Made by a program: the position numbers and the translations under genes
Notes under the pieces: generated by a model
Seen by the model: only the letters and a program-made list of their open reading frames with translations
What the model was told of the DNA's origin: nothing
Database searches by the model: none
Source of the DNA: Anaeramoeba ignava BMAN
Taxonomy: Eukaryota; Protista; Anaeramoebae
Reading direction: 5' to 3'
DNA length: 64,000 nucleotides
Assembly: GCA_028826165.1 (NCBI GenBank)
Contig: JAPDFW010000011.1
Coordinates: 248,001 to 312,000 of the forward strand
Part shown: one piece after another, positions 47,447 through 61,600 of the stretch
Position numbering within the stretch: the stretch's first letter is position 1
Layout of the letters: every line of letters starts with the position of its first letter

Positions 47447-50400
47447 ATGAATGTTCAAAATTTTCAAGATTTAATCCAAAATGCGAAATCTATTCAAGAA
47501 AAAATCCAAATTATGGAACAACTTTTAAATCATATTTTTACATTATCAAATGAAGAAATTATAGAATTTATCTTTCCAGTTTTAAAAAATCAAGTACAAA
47601 CAACTTGGGAAATGGAAAATCAACAAGAAAAACAAGAATACCAATCAATAATATTAAAAGTGATTTCGCATCTTCCATTAATTCTCCACAAGAGAATTGA
47701 CAGAAAAACCGCACACAATATAATAGTTCTTTGCGGTACATTTTTAACAAAGGGAATCAAAGAGGAAACAGGGATATTAAGTATAAGAACGTTCAAAGAA
47801 ATTCTCAAAAAGTTCCCAAACATATACAGAGATTTTATCCCTCAAACCCTTAAATTAACACAAGGAATATTCATCTCAACAATTGAAAGATGCAAACAAA
47901 ACGAAAACTGGAAATATCTTCGAATGGAGGATAATATCCATCTTTCCAAAACTGCAAATGTGTTGATTGAATGGCTAGGATTAATAGAGGCCATTCTCAA
48001 AAAATATCCCCCGCAAAGTTTGGGTCAGAATATGCAACCCTTAGTGGATTACTGCACCCAAATCATTTGTTTGTTTAGTGATACCACTTTAAATTTCCAT
48101 TTTTTGTTGGTTATTAATAATATCTTGAGGAATTTTCCAAATATCACAATTGATTTCGCAAAGGTTATAAATTGCGCAACATCAGTTTTTATCCACGCAA
48201 ATCCAGAGCGTGTTAACGACAAGAAGAAAATACTCAACCTGATTTTGAGGTTGTTGGGAAACAAGCAAATTTTGGCAGAAAGCGAGGAAAATGCAACTCT
48301 TATTTTGGATTGTTTGCTTAACTACAACTTGTTTTCCCATGTCTTGCTCATAAAAAACTCAGCAAAATTAATTCTGTTCCAATTTTACAACACAATCTAC
48401 ATGCTATTCCGCGTCAATAGAAACAACAGCATCATTTCTAACTCGCATATTCGCAACTTTTTGAGGATTTATTTCCAATTTGTTTATGATCCAAACACAC
48501 CAATTTATTTGGATATTCTTTTCCAGTTTATTGTTCGCAAAATGATCCCCAAGTTGATCAAATCCTCTCTTCCCATCGAAGAGCTAATGCAAATCTTGCC
48601 TAGAATTCTCCAATCGTATGTGGACAAAATCCACTCTTTGTCAGAAATGGAGCAGAAATACCTGATTGGTGATGTGCAGGTGAAAAAATGCATCAATGAT
48701 TGGATGTCAATCAAAACTCGCTTGTCTTTCTCGTTCTTTGAATACTATCCCTCGCGTATTCAACTCAACGACTATTTCATCCACAATTTCTTGCTCAACA
48801 AGAAATCATGGGAACTCGACCAATCGCAGGAAATCACGCAGATTGAACGCAAGAAAGTTTCCCGCAAAATGATTGAATCTCTTCTTGATTATTTCACTTC
48901 AAATTTTCTTCTTGTTGTTGAGTCAATTTTGCATTTGAGAGAGAAATCAAACTCACAAATAGCAAATCCGCAATTAAACGAGCACATCTCGCTTTTGGTG
49001 GATGCTAACCAACAGAACACTCTGAGATTAAGCAAGGATCGTCTCTCCATTTTTGGATACTCTTTGCTCAGAAACTTTTTCCAGCAGATAATCTCAATCT
49101 ATGTCGATATGATTGTTGCTCACAAAACCACATCCAATAAAGAAAATCTTCAGCAGGAATTTTTCCAACATCAGAAAAAAAGATACCGCCATATCTGCCA
49201 CATCTTCCAGAGATTCCCTGCTGATCTTTTCGAAAAGATGTGTGTTGATTCCATTTCCTTTCTTTATAACGGATTGCAAAATGAAAAGGAGTTTCTGAGA
49301 ATGATCCGCATCATTGTCAAGCAAAGCTTCCCAAATATCAGATTTCTCGCCAATTTGCTTGATTTCTTGATCAAAAAAACCCCAGATTTTCTGAATCTTT
49401 CTCAAAACACACGAAATGCAATTTCCGATTTGTTTATTTTCTTGTTTTCCTTTTTGGATAAGAAAAAGCCAATCCAAAACCAAACAGAATCTCAAACACA
49501 AGAAATCACAGTCGAAATCCAAGACCTCAATTTATACAAGTACTCGCCAATAAAAGCATTACTTGATAATACCAACAGCATTAATACTAACAATTTAGAT
49601 AGCAAGGATAAAGTTGATCCAAACACAAATTTGATTGGAAACCATATTTCTCAAATATTCGCATTTGGTTTGCACAAAATTAACAGCAAATTCATCTCCA
49701 ACTTCCAAAAATCACCAGACTCATCTCTTCCTTTCCTCAGATTTCTGTCTCATTTATACCAAAATCTCCAGGAATCAGGCTCAGAAAAACAAATTGTTGT
49801 TTATTTAATTGACAAGTTCCAAGAGATTTCAAATTACTCTCCAATCAATCCCATTTTCGCAAAAATCACAAAATCAATCGCCAAGTTATGTTTCCATAAA
49901 TTTGCTTTCCATATCACATTTTTAGCCAAAAACTTCCAATCTTTTATCCACCAATCCAAAATGCTTTTGTACTCAAAAAAACCCGCACACAACACCATTT
50001 ATCTCAACTGGCTCAAGTTTTTGATCACCAATTTTAATTTAACTTATTTGGAACAAAAATTCAAACCAACTCAACTTGCTGTAATCCAAAAATTGATCCA
50101 AATATCATCCCAAGATCACTTTGACGAAAATTCGCAAAAAGCTTTTGAGATTCTTGGCAGATTTGCCTCTTTTTCTCGCAATCCCTTTGCTAAAAAGTTG
50201 CCTTTTTTTCAACCAAAAAGAAATACCAAGTCAGAATCCAAAATTATTCTTGATTTGTTTTTCCATGATGAACACACACAAATATTCCATTTGGACCTAA
50301 CTCACTTTATCAACGAAATGCTAGATAACATCAGCGGAACACACCAAACAACACACAAAAACGAGAACACAAGCTTTATTAATTTGCTTCAGACAATTCT

Positions 50401-53400
50401 CTTCAATTTGGTTTTAAGCATGAAATATTCACTTGAATCAAGTGATACTTTAAACAATTTAAATTCTTCCTTTCTATCAAATATTCATCCCCAAAAAAAT
50501 GAGGAAAAACCACCCAATTCATCCAAATCTTCGCGAATTTGGTGCGATTATTCGCTGTTAATTAAACTTTTCCACACACAATTTCTTTTGCAAAAAAATC
50601 AGGAATCTAAGTTATCAAATCAAATTTCCAAATTCTTGAGTCTCTTTCTTCAATTTAAAACAAACGGCGGTTCATTTGTAGACGATCTTCGCTCCACATC
50701 AAGAAATATTGACTACTATTCCATGTTCCAAATAAGGCATCTATTTTCTTCATCTCATGGAATGAAGCTTATCAAATCTCTTGTTGAATTTTTTCCAGTA
50801 TCTCATTCTTTCTTTAGTTTGCCTTTTATCCAGAAATTATTCTCAAACAAAATTGAGAACATTCAACCAAATTCTCAAGCTCAAAATAATATTCTTATTC
50901 AAACATTATCTATTCTTTCTGGATCACCTAAAACAAAGGACTTCTTTTCCAAGTATTGTCTGCAAATATTCAGATCTCTCGTTTTAATACTTGAACATCA
51001 ATTAGTGCCAATTTCTCAAAGAAACAATATGATTGAGTTGATGCAAACAATCATTTCAAATTTTTTTCCATCAAAAAAACTGATAATAATTCAAATTTAA
51101 CCTCAGTCAAAAATTTATCTGAAAAAATCCTCTGTTTATTATCAACTAAATTCTGGTCACAAAACAAATCTTTAAGAAAAGTTTGCAAAGTTTTAATTTC
51201 CAAAATATTTGAGAGTGTAAATTTCCCAATTGATGATGTATTAGAGAAATATTATTTGTCAAATATTCCACAAATTTCAAGTGAAATACAAACTGAAAAT
51301 GAAATACAAATTGAAAATGAATCAAAAATTGCAAATGAAAAAATAATTGAAAATGAATCAAAAATTGAAAATGAAAAAATAATTACAAATGAAAAAATAA
51401 TAGCGATTTGCGATGGTCTTTCATTCTTTCTCTTTTTAATCCAAGAAAATCCAATCACAAATCCTCAAAAACTAAATTTCAATCATCTTCCAATTTCTTC
51501 CTATATTATAAAAAATATTTACTCAGAAATAAACACAACCACAAATAAAAAACCCCAAGAAGTAAATGACACTCAAAAAATGGATATCAGCGAGAAATCT
51601 TCAAATAAAAACCAAGAATCAAAACAAACATCCAAAAATGAGAAACAAGAACCTGAAAAGGATCCCCAAAAAATACCAAGAAAATTATTAATTAAAAAAT
51701 CCCTAATCTTTCTTGTGAGAACAAGTTTCTATCTCGCAAATGATTATGAATTCGCCAAAAAACTCATCTTCATCATAATTAAGGGGATGTTCAAAGGCGA
51801 ATTTTTTGAACAATTCCAGAAAGCTTTCCAACTTTTCAACACATTATGTGAAAAATTTCAAGAAACAAAAGAAACAAGACTCAAATTGGTGATTAGCATT
51901 TTAAATCAAGAACAAATACAAGATTACTCAATTCATCATTTCAAAACATTGCGATTCATTGCTCAGTTGTCTCCTGTATTATTATCAGATTCTTTGATTT
52001 TCCGTGTATTTGACCAAGTTCTGCAAAATTTAGAACCCAAAAACATGGAAATAATTCTTGTTCTTTTGGATATTTTCGATCAAATGCAGAATACAGATAT
52101 TTATTTAAAAACAATATTAAGCAATAAAACTGTTTTAGAAAGTGTGCCTTTGATTGAAAATGATGATTTTTGGATTAAACTGGGCAAATGCTTAAATAAA
52201 TATCATCAGGAAACAATCGATTTCTTCTTATCAAATTTAAGTGATGAAAAGATGAATGAAAGATTGATTCTGTTGATCAACCAACAAGAAAATCATCGCA
52301 TACGCGAGTCTTTGCTTTCTTTTGATGGGAAATTCTCAATTCTTTTCCAGCAATACATGAGCCAATTTTCCCAATTTGTAGAGCAAATACCAAATCAATC
52401 TGCATCCGTTTCTGCAAAAGACCGAATTATTGCAAATCAAATTCTCGGAATATACCAAGTTTTGCTCAAATTCAAAAACTTTCTCGATGATACCCAAGAT
52501 GGAAATAATCACCCTTTAAATGATCCAATGGCAGAATCTTTGATAGGTTTAGTCTCAAAAATCATTTCTAAATTTTGGAGCGAAAATTATTCATTGAGTA
52601 GTGATTTTGATGAGATTGATGAGATTCAATTTTCAGTAAATCAAGAAAAAAAACAAAATACTTCTCAAAGAAAGGAAATGAAAAACATCCTCGTTTCCAA
52701 TTTCTTGGATATCCAGAAAATTGTTGATTGTCTTTGCAGATATTTGCTTGGCTATTTTTATCAAATCAAAAAATCAAACGAGGAAAAAATCCTTCAAAAT
52801 TTAGAAAATTTAGAAATGATCAATTCAAATACCATTTTATATGGAAACATATTTGTTGATCAAACCGCAAAAAGTAACCAAGAAATGGTTTTGCAAAACA
52901 AATTTGCGCTTCTTTTGATTTTGATATCTCTTTTTGGAAGTATTCCTTTCAAGTTTGATCAACTCAATCTCTTCCAATTTTTGATTGAGAAAATTATGGA
53001 GTTTGAAAGTTACCCAAAAATTGTTCAAGCCATTTTTGCCCATATCACAAAAAGACTCAAAGCAATTACGCATTCCATAGGGATTCACTTTATTTCCCAA
53101 ATCAATATTCTATTCCAGAGAATATTATTCCCAATATTCCAAAATCTCGTCATTTCACAAGAATTTTTCACAGATTTTTCTGATGAAGTCGCAAGAATAC
53201 TAAAGATTAACCAATTTTTTGATCCGGAAGTCAACAAGAAATTATTCGAAAAAAATTTCCTTCATTTAATAATATTTGAGGAATTCAAAATGAATCTTTT
53301 GCAAAGTTTGATTTCCATTGAAATATTTCCACAAACCTTAGGAATAGAAGATGTAAATCTTTTGCAGAAATCAAACCAATTAATACCTCACAAAACTCAG

Positions 53401-56400
53401 CACTTTTCTTCAATAGAAAACAAACTACTATTTCTTAAAACAAAAATTTTAATGAAAGGAGGAATACTTGGTTCAAATGAAGACCAAATTCTTCAAATAA
53501 TTTCTGAATTTATTGCGAAATCTGATTTTGAGGATGAAGAAGAGGATTTAGTGCAGAAAATGGTCACTGATTTATTGAATTTGGGGAATGAGCAATCACT
53601 AACAAATCAAAAACAAGAAGACCTGCAAAACGAACAAATCCATGAAATAGGAATGGATATCGAAATCCCACTTTTGGATGAAAAACCAAAATCAACATTT
53701 CATTCCAAAGTTATTGAGTTGATCCAAAATCAAATCGCTCAAGCAAGTCTCAGTTCATCAGTCACTTTCAAATTTCTTGTTAGTATAATTGTCAAAAACA
53801 CAAGCTTTTTTTATGATTTAAATGAAAAGGCTATTGTGCTAATGATTCACCATTTCCAGTGTGGAATGAGTGATTTAAATTTGGGGATTGATATTCTATC
53901 ATTTGTTGTCGATTGGTTTGGAGATTTGAAGAAGAAATCCGAACCAACATTTTCACAACTGCAAAAACTTCGATTGCAAGAAGAGATTTTCTCTATTCTC
54001 ATTGCATTCAGCCATTTGCTTTCTGTCTCTTCAGGCGTTTTTTCACGAATAAAGAATATTTTCAAGAGATGCTGCTTAATTTTCGACAATCTCAACATTT
54101 CCTTTTCAGGGAATCTAACTCAACCAACAAGGATTTTATCGTTGATTAAAGTCCCCATCAAATATAATAATTGGAGCTTTAAATTTGTTCATGAGCAAAA
54201 CTTGGATAAATTGATTCAAACAATTCTGCTCAATTCTGATTTGGTTGATAAAGAGATCATCCAAAATGTAATTTTTATATTCACAAGCTTTATCCAAAAC
54301 AAGGAAAGTTTTGATGGAGATGCCTTGCAATTTATCGATGATCTCACAAATGAAATCAACAATGTTCTTGCAAAACTAGACTTGATGAAATTCAAGTTTG
54401 CAATAATTGCTGAGTATTTCCTGTTTTTGTACCAACAAATACCCCATTTATTCGCCAAACACGCATTGAAATTCTATCATTTCCTAAAACAAGCTCAAGT
54501 CATTCATGATTTCGAATCACACCACGAAATTGAGATGAAAAACCAGTCTAATTTTCATCAAGCACAAAATATCATCATTTCAGAAACCATTAATAATCAA
54601 CAACCACAAAATTCAATGCAAAACTACCCTAACCAAATAATCGAGAATAATCAGTTGATGAACCAAAACAGTGTCTTGGCAACAAATTCCATTCTTTTAC
54701 AAAATCTCGAGATAATTATTCACACTATCCTACTTCTCAAACCAGAACCATCCAAATTATTTGAAATAATGATAGATCTTGTTGAAAGCGCCAAATCACC
54801 CGCATTTTTATCAGTTCTTCTTGACCAATGCTTTGCAATACTCGATTCAAACACAGATCCTATTCTTTTCCTCAAGGAAATAACCCACAAAAACGATCCC
54901 AAAAGCAACACGTCACAAATGAAAATTGAAACGAAAAAAGAAAAAGTGGACGAAGATCCTTCAAATGAGTTAATACCCAAATTGGCGTATGAAATCCCCA
55001 AGGATTTATCAGAAAAATTTGTTCATTCTCTCATGAAGAGATTTAATCTTGTGATGGAAAAATGCTTTGATTTAGTAAAAGAAAAGTTTTTTGGAATTTT
55101 GATTGGATTGTGGAGAAAAGATCACAGTTTGGTTGAAGTTTTAATCAAATACCCTCATGTTTTGCTAAAAGGAGTTGGAGCATGCTCGCAAATACCCCAA
55201 ATAAAAAAGGGTGTTTCTGAAATCTTGGGATGGGCAACAAAGAGTAAATCTCTTGAAATGAAAATTGAAACATCAATACTACTGTTTCTTAATGTCTCGC
55301 AGTTTGATTTCTTCTGTTTCCATGATTTCTTTGCAAATATTGTTAGAATTGTAATCGAAACTTTTATTGAACAATCTGAGAAAAACCAAAATAGCAAAAA
55401 TATCGCGAGTATTCACTCCATTTTGAATCAGATTTACAATCTTATACAGAAAGAGTCAACAATTTTATGTTCAATTTTGCCTGATTTTCTGGATCAAGTT
55501 TTGGATAAAGTGATAAACACACACGAAAAAAGAAAAAACTTCATCCAAATATGCTTGGAAATTATGCTCAAATCTTCTGTCGTTGAAAACCACGGCAAAC
55601 AAAGGGAGGAAACCAAGATCCAAGAAGAAAGAATACTTTCTGAGTTTTTTGGAGCAATTTCAAGAATTCCTGAAGTGGTTGATATTCCTGCGCAAATATC
55701 ATCATTCATTTCACAGAAATATCGAATCGAGAATCAAATTGCGTTTTTAATTGAAAAAAATATTGAAATGAAATCAAAAATTGAAAATCATCATCTCATC
55801 TCAGAAATCAAAATCCCATTTGGAATCGAAGATGCAAAAAAAGAAGGAAGAATTGGCAATTTTCGGGAGTTGTTAAGATATTACAAAAAAATTGGTGAAA
55901 ATGAATTCATTTTTGGATTATGCGATGGAGTTATTCAAGAAAGCGAGAAAAGAAAGGCAAATTATTATCAGATGATTGAGAAATTTGACAAATCGGAAAA
56001 AATTGTAATGAGATGTCTCAGAAAATTATCAAGCACAACAAATCAAAACCTTGCTAAGAAAAACGAGAATGTGGAAACAAATTATGGTTTGGATGAAGAG
56101 CAAAGATTTCTGGAAGATGAAATTTGTCGGGATTTATGGGTGGATGCATCAAAAAACATACTGAATTATGAATCTTTATTAGAATTTGCAAAAGAAACTT
56201 TTAACTTTGATTTGGTTCTTGAAAGTTTATATCGTTTAGGCAATTTTGAAGCAATCCAAGAAGTGATCAAGTTCCATAATTTTGTACCGAACAATTTCCA
56301 GAACCATTTGATTGAATTTGTGTCTGGATTGATGATTTATGCAAATGGAAATGTTGGTAAATATTTTGATATGGAGAATAAAGATGGGAAAGAACAATAT

Positions 56401-59400
56401 TTTTTTACTGGAGAAATACAAGAGAAAATCAGGTTGGGATACCACAAATTAATATATAATGTGATCCAATTATTCAAGAACTTATTCAATTCAAATCAAT
56501 CGAGGAATCTTCTACCGCAAATTGATTCAGTTTTGGATGTAGTTCAAGAAGTTGTTGAAATTGGAGAGTTTTCCGATATTCTTTTGAATTTCAAGTCGGA
56601 TAATCTGGAAATCATTTCGGATGATTTTCGGTTTTTTTCTCAAAACTTGAACGCAAAAATCCCCAACAAAACAGAAAAGATCTCTTTTTGGAATTCCTTA
56701 ATCACAACAAGAATGCACATGCTTTCGTTTTTCAAGGGATTGGAAAGAGCTGAGACAAAGAAATCAATGCAAAAAGAAAGTGGAATGAATGTGGATGCAA
56801 ATTTGAAAACGGAAAAATTTAGAGCAATTCTAGATGAAGCAGTTGTTGAAAACGTGCTTAAATTAACAAACAGATATCGTATCAACCAAATGCATAATTT
56901 GCTTCTTCTTGGTTATTATCCCGAAAATGAGAATCGCAACTACTCATTGATTCCAAATCAAGGAAATTCTCTTATGCAAATGGCTCAAAGATCGCAATTC
57001 AGTACAATAAATACTTTCCACAAATTAAAAATTCAACTCAAAAGTTTCGATAGCTTGATTCGCAAAACCAAACAGAAACTGAAAAGAACACCAAATAAAG
57101 CATATTCATATTCACAAAAACCAATCCCCACAAAAATGAACCAACTTTTCAAAGACGTATCACACTTTTTCTTAGTCAAACCCCCAACTATCCAACAAGT
57201 TTTAGTTAATACTCAACAATCCGAAATTGGATCTCTTCAAGCAGAGATTTACTCTCATTTGAACGAAGATTTGAAAGCAAGCGATATTTTCCTTCAAGGA
57301 ATAAACCAAGAGAAAAACATCAACAAAAATTGGGAAAGATGGGGAGATTTCAACCAGAAACTGTTCCGAAAAAGCAAAGAGAAAACTTTCCTGAAAAGAT
57401 CGCTTGATTGTTATATTCAAGCAATACTTCTTGGAGGAGATCAGTTTGGTTCCTCTTGTTTCAAAGGTGGTTTATCTAGCCAATTTCTGTGAAAATTTTG
57501 ATTTGAAAGAAAGTGAACAATTATCTATTTGGATTCCCTGGATTCAGCAAATTATTGATAGTGCTTATACCCTTGATTACTTAGAAAATCAAAACTTGAA
57601 TCAAGAATCTTTTTTTGAGAAAATATTATCTGCAATTTCGAAAAATTCTCCACAAACACTTTATTACTCTCTCAGAAGCCATGCTCATCCAAAATCAACG
57701 GAATCCAAAAAAAGAGAGGTTTCAATGAATATTTTCCTTAAAATTTTGGAGGATATCAATTTGGATCAAGACTCAAAAAAACAAATTGAAAAAATTGAAG
57801 AAATGCTCGAATTAATTGTGGATAATTTCCGACCTGAAATTGAGGAGGAACTTGTTTGCGAATTGAGGAAATTGCTTAGTGATTGTTGGTCGTTTGTTTT
57901 TTTTCACTTGGATTCTCCTCAAACAGAACTATCTCTATTTAATAATTTAATATCGGAAATTATTCAACAAATTGAAGATACTTATATCGCAAAAATTCAA
58001 CAAAGAAACGAAGAAAGAAAGCAAGTACTAACATCATTAGATGAAGAATCAGCAAATATTCTTTCTAGATTCTCAGAGATTTTTAGGCAATATACCATTT
58101 CCTCATTCCAAAAATTTCGTGATGATGTTTTGAATAAAACCCTTAATTGCAATTCTTGTTTCGATACAATCAAAATAATTCGGCAATGGATTGAAGAGAT
58201 TGAAATGTGGCTTGAGAAAAAGCATTTAGCAACGAACGTCAACCAGATTAGTCTTGAATCCGAAGAAGGATGGCAAAGCATTGCGATTCCAGGACAAAAT
58301 TTATTTTTCAATTTATCAAGCACCAAAAAAACACAATCTTCAGAAAGAATCAAAATTTTCCAAATTTACTCCGAAATGGAAAAAGTGGATCAATACAAAA
58401 ACATTTCGCGAAGATTTTTTTTCCGCGGCGACGATGGGTTTGAGTATCCGTATTTACTACAATCACAATACTGGAATCATTCAAGTTCCAAATCAAGAAT
58501 TTTGCAATTAATTCGTTTTATAAATATTATGATTAATAACGAGTTACAGTCAGTAAATCGTCCTTTGAGAATCAATCATGTACCTGCTATTACCCAAATT
58601 AACAAGGAGATTGTGCTTTTATCTGAATTCAATTTGCGAGATCTTTCTCACAATAATTTTATATTCAATCCATCCAAATTCTGGGTTATGAAAAACAAGG
58701 ACAATCTCAAGAACAGAGAAAATAATATATCATCCAAATATAACGAAATGATTTCTCTGTATGATATTATGAAAATTCACCAAATCAATGGCAAATCAGA
58801 TTTATTTGGGATTATTGAGGAATATCTTGAAAAAATAATAAGTTCCAGAAAATCTCCTGACGAGAAGGTTTCTGATTTAGATATTGCCGATCAAAACAAC
58901 CAAATGGAACTAGAAAAAGCTGAGAATGTTGATTCCTCAAAGTATTTGTCTTTGTTTCCAAATGATCCACGATTGAGATATTTTCTCGAAGTTTCCGAAA
59001 AGCATGTTCCAAATGATATTATGAAGAAATTTATTTTGCAATGTTTTGGTTCTTTTGATGATTTTTCAAATTTTCGGAAACAATTTATATCCCAATTATC
59101 AGTAAATTATTTATTTCAATATATTTTGTCGATTGATTCACCGAGCATTTTTGATTTCCAATTCTTTTTAAGAAGTGGGAATCTTTCTTATTATCACAAC
59201 TTCATTCCGAATTACAACAAAGAATATAAAATTCTTGAATCTTTTGAGAACAAAATCGATAAAGTACCTTTCCGATTAACTCCTAATATGATGAGTTTTA
59301 TGACTGAAATTGGAGTGAAAGGGTTATTTCAATCAACAGTAATGAATGTATCAAAAACACTTTTGGAAAAGAAAAATCGTTTTAAAAATGTTATTGATGT

Positions 59401-59644
59401 TTTGTTTCTCAATGAAATGGTTTTCTTTAATTTTTCAGAAAGCGAAATGGGAATTGAGGATATTTTCCGATTCAAAAAGAATAATGTTCATTCTGTTTTT
59501 GATAGAATTGAGGATTTAAGTAATTTTAAAAAGAGCACTAATACAAATTCCAATTCCAATACTTCTTGTGATGAATTAATTAAGATCTCAACAAATATTA
59601 AGATAATTTCTGAATTAAGTCCATCATTTTTTGCTTGGTTTTAA
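47447..59644 (+). CDS. TRA1: TRRAP/Tra1-like PIKK pseudokinase (~4000 aa); breaks at ~51080-51255 and ~57440 are probably errors
   Basis: HEAT region including AFEILGRF, FAT region, WIPWIQQI..PQTLYYSLR, IPGQ, RRFFFRGDDGFEYPYLLQ, FRKQFISQL, VPFRLTPNM, FATC end LSPSFFAWF*. No DRH/DFG catalytic motifs. Confidence 0.88.
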
Positions 59645-59689
59645 ATATAATTTTAATTTTAATTTTAATTTTAATTTTAATTTAAATAA

Positions 59690-61405
59690 TTTTAAATAAT
59701 AAATATTAAAATAAATCAATTATTTATTTTGGAAATATTTTAAATATATTAAATCTATTATTTATTTTGGGAAATATTTTAAATATATTAAATCTATTAT
59801 TTATTTTGGAAATATTTTAAATAAGATCTTAAATTAAATCAATTATTTATTTTGGAAATATTTTAAATAAGATCTTAAATTAAATCTATTATTTATTTTG
59901 GAAATATTTTAAATAAGATCTTAAATTAAATCAATTATTTATTTTGGGAATATTTTAAAATAATAAATATTAAATTAAATCTATTATTTATTTTGGAAAT
60001 ATTTTTAAATAATAAGATCTTAAATTAAATCAATTATTTATTTTGGAAATATTTTTTAAATAAATATTTTAAATAAATTAAATCTATTATTTATTTTGGA
60101 AATATTTTAAATAATAAATATTAAAATTAAATTTATTATTTATTTTGGAAATATTTTAAATAATAAATATTAAAATAAATTTATTATTTATTTTGGGATA
60201 TATTTTTAAATAATAAATCATCTTAAATTAAATCTATTATTTATTTTGGGAAATATTTTAAATATAATTAAATTTATTATTTATTTTGGAAATATTTTAA
60301 ATAATAAATCTTAAATTAAATCTATTATTTATTTTGGAAAATATTTTAAATAATAAAATCTTAAATTAAATCAATTATTTATTTTGGAAATATTTTAAAT
60401 AATAAATATTTTAAATTAAATTAAATCTATTATTTATTTTGGAAATATTTTAAATAATAAATATTAAATTAAATCAATTATTTATTTTGGAAATATTTTA
60501 AATAAATAATTAAATCCAATTATTTATTTTGGAAATATTTTAAATAATAAATATTAAATTAAATCAATTATTTATTTTGGAAATATTTTAAATAATAAAT
60601 ATTAAATTAAATTTATTATTTATTTTGGAAATATTTTTAAATAATAAGATCTTAAATTAAATCTATTATTTATTTTGGAAATATTTTAAATAAATCTTAA
60701 ATTAAATCTATTATTTATTTTGGAAATATTTTAAATAAGATCTTAAATTAAATCAATTATTTATTTTGGAAATATTTTTAAATAATAAATATTAAATTAA
60801 ATCAATTATTTATTTTGGAAATATTTTAAATAATAAATATTAAATTAAATCAATTATTTATTTTGGAAATATTTTAAATAATAAATATTAAATTAAATCA
60901 ATTATTTATTTTGGAAATATTTTAAATAAGATCTTAAATTAAATCTATTATTTTATTTTTGGAAATATTTTTAAATAAGATCTTAAATTAAATCTATTAT
61001 TTATTTTGGAAATATTTTTAAATAAGATCTTAAATTAAATTTATTATTTATTTTGGGAAATATTTTAAATAAGATCTTAAATTAAATCAATTATTTATTT
61101 TGGAAAATATTTTAAAATATATTAAATCAATTATTTATTTTGGAAATATTTTAAATTAGATCTTAAATTAAATCAATTATTTATTTTGGGAAATATTTTA
61201 AATAAGATCTTAAATTAAATCTATTATTTATTTTGGAAATATTTTAAATAAGATCTTAAATTAAATCTATTATTTATTTTGGAAATATTTTAAATAAGAT
61301 CTTAAATTAAATCAATTATTTATTTGGGAAATATTTTAAATAAGATATTAAATTAAATCAATTATTTATTTTGGAAAATATTTTAAATAAGATCTTAAAT
61401 TAAAA
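59690..61405. repeat. ~46-49 bp satellite, about 35 copies
   Basis: Unit ttattttggaaatattttaaataagatcttaaattaaatc(t/a)attat. No spacers. Confidence 0.95.
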
Positions 61406-61600
61406 AATTTAAAAAGAACGTTAAAAAAATAAAAAAAAGGAAATCTTATTTTAAATAAATTTTTTGGTTTATTTAACTTAATTTAAATTAAATTTAATTA
61501 AATTAAATAAAAGAAAAGCAATCCAAAAAATAAAAAAAACACAAAAAATTTTTTTTCAATTTTTTATTTTTCATTTTTTTCTTCTCAAAAACAAAAAAAA

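Noticed and set aside
47568-59012. Numerous 60-140 aa antisense or alternate-frame ORFs within Tra1 and other long genes
   Set aside because: No recognisable motifs; these are shadows of long coding frames.
58300-59644. Missing kinase catalytic motifs in the PIKK as a novelty
   Set aside because: Expected: TRRAP/Tra1 is a known pseudokinase.
59690-61405. CRISPR-like array
   Set aside because: Head-to-tail units with no unique spacers, no cas genes, eukaryotic context. The same applies to the 144-bp and 21-bp arrays.
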